From Anaeramoeba ignava BMAN (lineage: Eukaryota > Protista > Anaeramoebae), in contig JAPDFW010000025.1 of assembly GCA_028826165.1 (NCBI GenBank), positions 6,521 through 70,520 on the forward strand: a DNA stretch of 64,000 nt, given 5' to 3'. The notes below the pieces were generated by a model that saw nothing but the letters and a program-made list of their open reading frames with translations, was not told where the DNA came from and did not search any database. Shown here one piece after another: positions 62,932-64,000 of the stretch (within the stretch, counting starts at the first letter, position 1; each line of letters opens with the position of its first letter). The translations under genes and the position numbers were made by a program.

Positions 62932-64000
62932 GTAAAAATAAACATTTTTTTTTGTGATTTTTCTTTTGAATAAAAACAAAAACAAATTTCCCAAATAAAA
63001 TAATATTTATTTAGTTCATTTGAAAAAAAAATAATTTAAATTTAAATTTAATTTAATTTGAAATTGGGGAAATATCAAATAAGATTTTGATTTTTGATTT
63101 TATTAAGAAAATCATAAGTGAGATTTCTACATGTTTTTTTTTATGTTTTTTTGAAGTAATTTTGATAAAAAGAAAATAAAGGAAAATGGAATAATTCATT
63201 TTTAAATTAATTTTTATAAACATCTTCTATTTAATCTTCCAATTAAAAATAATCTATCAAATAATCTGTATAATATTCTGATTATTCTTTTCATTATTTT
63301 GATTCTAACTCTAATTCTGATATCTTTGTTAATTTATATTTCCAAATATTCTTTGTATCCTTTCTTAGATTTATTTTCTTTGTTATAATTTATTTTCTTT
63401 GAATTTTTCTTTCTTCTTTGAATTTGTTTTTATTTTTATTTTTGAATTTGTTTTTATTTTCAGAATTATCCTTGTTATTTATCTTATTAATTTTATTCTC
63501 ATTATTGAATTTGATATTGAATTTGATTTTCTTCATTATTTCTCATTTTCTATTCATCTTTCTTATATTATATTCTATTTCCCATTAACTATAAATTATG
63601 ATATAATTTCAAATATCTTCTGAATATATTTTATTGTTTATTTTTTCATATACTTACCTTCTGTTAATTTCTTTTATTAGTTTTCTTTTGTTTATTTATT
63701 TAATTGAATGAATTGATTTTTATTCATTTATTTCTTATTTCTTGATAAATTTAATATTTACAAATAAAGAAAAATAATTTAATATTTCTTTTCTTTTTCT
63801 TTAAATAACATAGATATATTTCATATTATTATTTTTCATTTAATAAGTATATTTATTGATTCTATTTATGAAAATTATTAATTTTAGAAGAATAATATTT
63901 TTATTGATATTTTAGATATTTTTATTCTTTGATTTTTTTTTATAATTTAATTATTTCTAAATAAATTATTTTTCTATCCTTGATTCATTCTAATTTCTCT

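Noticed and set aside
1-64000. tRNA, rRNA or snRNA genes
   Set aside because: No GC-rich structured non-coding segment was recognised by eye. A tRNAscan-SE/Infernal run would be needed to exclude them.

Overview
Very AT-rich eukaryotic (protist) DNA read in the standard genetic code. It holds about 19 protein-coding genes, most of them interrupted by GT-AG introns that the ORF track misses, separated by large AT-rich satellites. Many introns are themselves filled with microsatellites. Composition, gene families (RCC1-BTB, ankyrin, PAS, bacterial-like oxidoreductases with presequences) and a nuclear intein suggest an anaerobic metamonad such as Anaeramoeba; this is inference only. Genes in order: tandem ankyrin array, ARM-repeat protein, RCC1-BTB, coiled-coil protein, TMEM33/Pom33, UPF0658-like membrane protein, Nup107-like, ankyrin-pseudokinase-HECT fusion, kinesin-8, two tandem FAD oxidoreductases, EMC7, MOB1, TCTP, PX-kelch, PAS-coiled-coil, UBA-like protein, DDI1 and RING-kinase-ankyrin. 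Main findings: (1) a 346-aa intein with a degenerate LAGLIDADG-type domain inserted in the kinesin P-loop (GAGK|T); (2) single-codon (3-nt) microexons, ten in the ANK-pseudokinase-HECT gene and two in the RING-kinase-ANK gene, always encoding the ankyrin beta-hairpin residues, which are also the hypervariable positions in the intronless ankyrin array; (3) two different satellites built around the same TTCCACTTTT motif that occurs singly just after several stop codons. Exon boundaries were read by eye and need RNA-seq confirmation.
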